Source: Pirellulaceae bacterium (lineage in GTDB: Bacteria; Planctomycetota; Planctomycetia; Pirellulales; Pirellulaceae). Taken from it: a stretch of 61,880 nucleotides of DNA. Of this stretch, positions 59,566 through 61,880 are shown in pieces; positions within the stretch are counted from its first letter, which is position 1; every line of letters begins with the position of its first letter. Where the stretch lies: NCBI GenBank assembly GCA_041740995.1, contig JBGSKY010000299.1, positions 1-61,880 of the forward strand, given 5' to 3'. The position numbers and the translations under genes are program-made. The notes beneath the pieces were generated by a model. It was not told the origin of the DNA. It saw only the letters and a program-made list of their open reading frames with translations, and did no database searches.

Positions 59566-60729
59566 ATGCCCAGTATCAATTTCCGCGATTCGACAAGAGC
59601 GCAGTCCGCGTCCGTCGATCCCTACGCAGTCTCCGAAATATCAATGCAGGGCTTTGATGTCCAGCCCCACACATTGGAGATCGAAGGGTTTATCAACCAA
59701 CAAGCTGCACAGATACTCAGTGACGAAGCTCGCGAAGAGTTCAAGTTTAAGCTCAATCTTCGAACAGTTTTCCTCTTGCTTCTGATTTTTGTCTCGGCAA
59801 TCTTCACTCGAGATTTTTACTTGACCTCTGGCCTCATTGGTCTCGTCGTCTATTACGTTGTTCAAATCCTCTTGAAGTGGTTTAGATACCAAGAAGTAAA
59901 AAATAATCTCGCTGCCCATTTGAGAATTATTCAACCAATCAAATTTCGCTTGGTATGTGTTGACGACATCGTCTCAATTTATCTCGACAATTATGAAGTT
60001 CATGCAAACCTGTTGGTGATGCGGCAAAACATCTATCTACCGTCCGGCTTTTTTTGCAATTTTTTTTCGCTTGGTATAAACGGTGAAACGCCAATCCTTT
60101 GGTCCGACTGTCGACTCTCGACCTCACCGAGCGAATTCGTCAGCGAAGTAAACCGGCGGCTTGCGAACGTACCCGCTCCCAAAAATTTGATGAAAGTTCC
60201 CGCTTTCAATTTGCCTTTGATTACAGATTCGCAAGTCGCAATTAGTGGTCAGATACGTTTGCTGGATTTGCCGATAATGCAAGTTCGAAAAACCCAATCG
60301 ATATTAAGAAACTATCGCTACCAATTCAGTTTTGCGTTAATGATGCTTTCGTTTTTCGTCGTGCTTTCGGCAACGACGGAGTCCTACGTTTTACTCACGG
60401 CAATTCTAGTAGTCATGTCGATTCGATTGGCAAGAATTTTCAGCGTGCAATCGATACGGCAACTAGTCCGACGCAACCCTGTTTTGACAAAGCTCGAAGG
60501 TTTCGTTTGCACAGACGGCTGGCAAATAAGAACCGAAGCTTCCGTTGTACGGCACAAGTTTGCTGCGTTTGAGTCGTGTAAATTACGTTACGATCGCGTT
60601 GAACTGTACCGATCGGATGCCTTGGAAGCGGACGTAATTTTTCATCGGCATAACTTTGAATCAAACGTAACATTCGAGCATTGCAAAGCGTTGATCGCGG
60701 CTCAATTACCGCTGCGCATAGCAAGCTGA
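59566..60729 (+). CDS. Hypothetical membrane protein (AT-rich gene)
   Basis: 387 aa with two pairs of TM helices (VFLLLLIFVSAIFT / LIGLVVYYVVQILL; FALMMLSFFVVLSA / VLLTAILVVMSIRL). The coding sequence is visibly more AT-rich than its neighbours. Confidence 0.5.
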   Translation: MPSINFRDSTRAQSASVDPYAVSEISMQGFDVQPHTLEIEGFINQQAAQILSDEAREEFKFKLNLRTVFLLLLIFVSAIFTRDFYLTSGLIGLVVYYVVQILLKWFRYQEVKNNLAAHLRIIQPIKFRLVCVDDIVSIYLDNYEVHANLLVMRQNIYLPSGFFCNFFSLGINGETPILWSDCRLSTSPSEFVSEVNRRLANVPAPKNLMKVPAFNLPLITDSQVAISGQIRLLDLPIMQVRKTQSILRNYRYQFSFALMMLSFFVVLSATTESYVLLTAILVVMSIRLARIFSVQSIRQLVRRNPVLTKLEGFVCTDGWQIRTEASVVRHKFAAFESCKLRYDRVELYRSDALEADVIFHRHNFESNVTFEHCKALIAAQLPLRIAS

Positions 60730-60730
60730 A

Positions 60731-61531
60731 CTAGGTTAATTCTATCATTAGCTTGCTGTGCAGTTGCTGCGTCGAAGCGACCGCTAAATTTGCTTCGTCG
60801 AGATCAAACGGACCGCCATTGCGAGCGGTCAGTACCGCACCGGCTTGTTTGGCGATGAGAACTCCAGCCGCGACGTCCCAAGGTCGGACGACGCCTGCCC
60901 AGTATGCGTCCAATCGACCACATGCGACGAAGCAAAGATTCAATGCTGCTGACCCGAGTCGGCGGACGCTTTGTGCGTTCACTAAGACATTAACGAACTG
61001 GTCAATCTCAACATCGCCGCGGGCGACGTTGGGCGGAAAGCTGGCCGCCACCAACGCTTGCGAAAGTTCCGTGCAATCGCTCGATTGAATTCTAATATCA
61101 TTGAGCGTAGCGTCATCGCCCTGGACTGCACAAAACATTTCGTCCGCCATTGGGTCATAGATCACGCCAACCAGCGGAACTTTGTTGCGAACCAATGCGA
61201 TTGAGACAGCGAAATTTGGCAGTTGATGAACATAGTTTGCGGTACCGTCGATTGGATCGACTACCCAGCACATTCGATCGTTGAAGCCGCGTAGACTTTT
61301 TGCTGCGTCTTCTTCCTCTCCGACAAATGCGTGCTCAGGAAATTTACTCGCGAGGATCGATCGAATCAGCTTTTGGGCTGCGATATCAGCATCAGTAACT
61401 AAGTCCTTAGAGCTTTTCTCGAACGACTTCGCGGTATCGAGCATCGCTTTGATCAGCACCCCCGCCTGCCGAGCGGCTCGTTGTGCGATCGTTAGGTAAA
61501 AATAGAGCTGCGGATCGATAGATTCACCCAT
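60731..61531 (-). CDS. suhB: Inositol monophosphatase family protein (SuhB/ImpA-like)
   Basis: FVGEEE, WVVDPIDGTANYV, WDVAAG motifs. 266 aa. Confidence 0.88.
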   Translation of the reverse strand: MGESIDPQLYFYLTIAQRAARQAGVLIKAMLDTAKSFEKSSKDLVTDADIAAQKLIRSILASKFPEHAFVGEEEDAAKSLRGFNDRMCWVVDPIDGTANYVHQLPNFAVSIALVRNKVPLVGVIYDPMADEMFCAVQGDDATLNDIRIQSSDCTELSQALVAASFPPNVARGDVEIDQFVNVLVNAQSVRRLGSAALNLCFVACGRLDAYWAGVVRPWDVAAGVLIAKQAGAVLTARNGGPFDLDEANLAVASTQQLHSKLMIELT

Positions 61532-61880
61532 GAAAATTTGCCGGACGTATTAAGATTTTGGAGTTTGCGAGCGGACTTCAAGCTCCGCTCTATCGTCATT
61601 AATTCGCGACAATCTGCCAGCCCAAAACCGCACCTCCGAAGCGTTCATCAAAGATGTGCTAAGAGTTTGTTTCGACGGATAGAGTAAGCGATTCGAGATT
61701 TTGAATTCGAAAGGGAAAATTGTCAAAAAATTTGTCCCAAGGAGGCCGCGTTTACCGGTAGCACTTTGCTAAATTTACTGGCTGAAAAACGGAAAAAGTC
61801 GAGCTTAGGGTATCCGCGATGCATTCGGCTTCATTTCTGGCTGGGATCACGACAGTCAAAAGCTTGTGCGGCACGCAGTC

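Overview
This 61.9-kb window looks like ordinary chromosomal DNA from a planctomycete (Pirellulales-like). The evidence is sequence only: about 50% GC, tandem DUF1080 domains, a Tat-signal Gfo/Idh/MocA oxidoreductase, and a giant protein combining a beta-propeller dehydrogenase-like domain, HEAT repeats, a CxxCH heme motif and an SGNH-like domain. Genes are densely packed on both strands and most are housekeeping. Clear calls are ribD, fusA (standalone EF-G paralog), queG, a rhomboid protease, an Lhr-core-like DEXH helicase with a CinA_C/PncC-like gene upstream, tRNA-Thr(CGU), tgt, an osmoprotectant-type ABC transporter (ATPase plus fused binding/permease protein), a UvrD/PcrA-family helicase, rplU, rnc, a cyclophilin, pyrC-type dihydroorotase, a TrmH/SpoU methyltransferase, a Zn-ADH, ispD, tyrS, dnaK, pheA and an inositol monophosphatase. 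I did not see transposases, integrases, a CRISPR array or rRNA. The observations worth a second look follow. (1) An MFS sugar-porter gene is disrupted by an exact 13-bp tandem duplication. (2) An AP2-domain protein carries a histone H1-like Lys/Ala tail and is followed by a 23/24-bp hairpin and 550 bp of non-coding DNA. (3) A three-gene minus-strand operon (acidic protein, ASKHA-fold ATPase, amino-acid-kinase-fold protein) resembles H4MPT-linked accessory genes. (4) A cinA_C, Lhr-core helicase and rhomboid set runs as a translationally coupled string with a 1-nt stop/start overlap. (5) A TPR protein with two RNAP alpha-CTD-like modules starts right after the tRNA and an AT-rich, strong-SD islet. 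(6) A Uma2 endonuclease and a patatin phospholipase sit next to the pseudogene. (7) An SPFH/YbjN fusion protein, an orphan FliS-like ORF, and several large hypothetical membrane or secreted proteins are also present. I could not find a single obvious novel multi-gene defence or mobile system. Domain calls are from motif recognition by eye and need HMM or BLAST confirmation.
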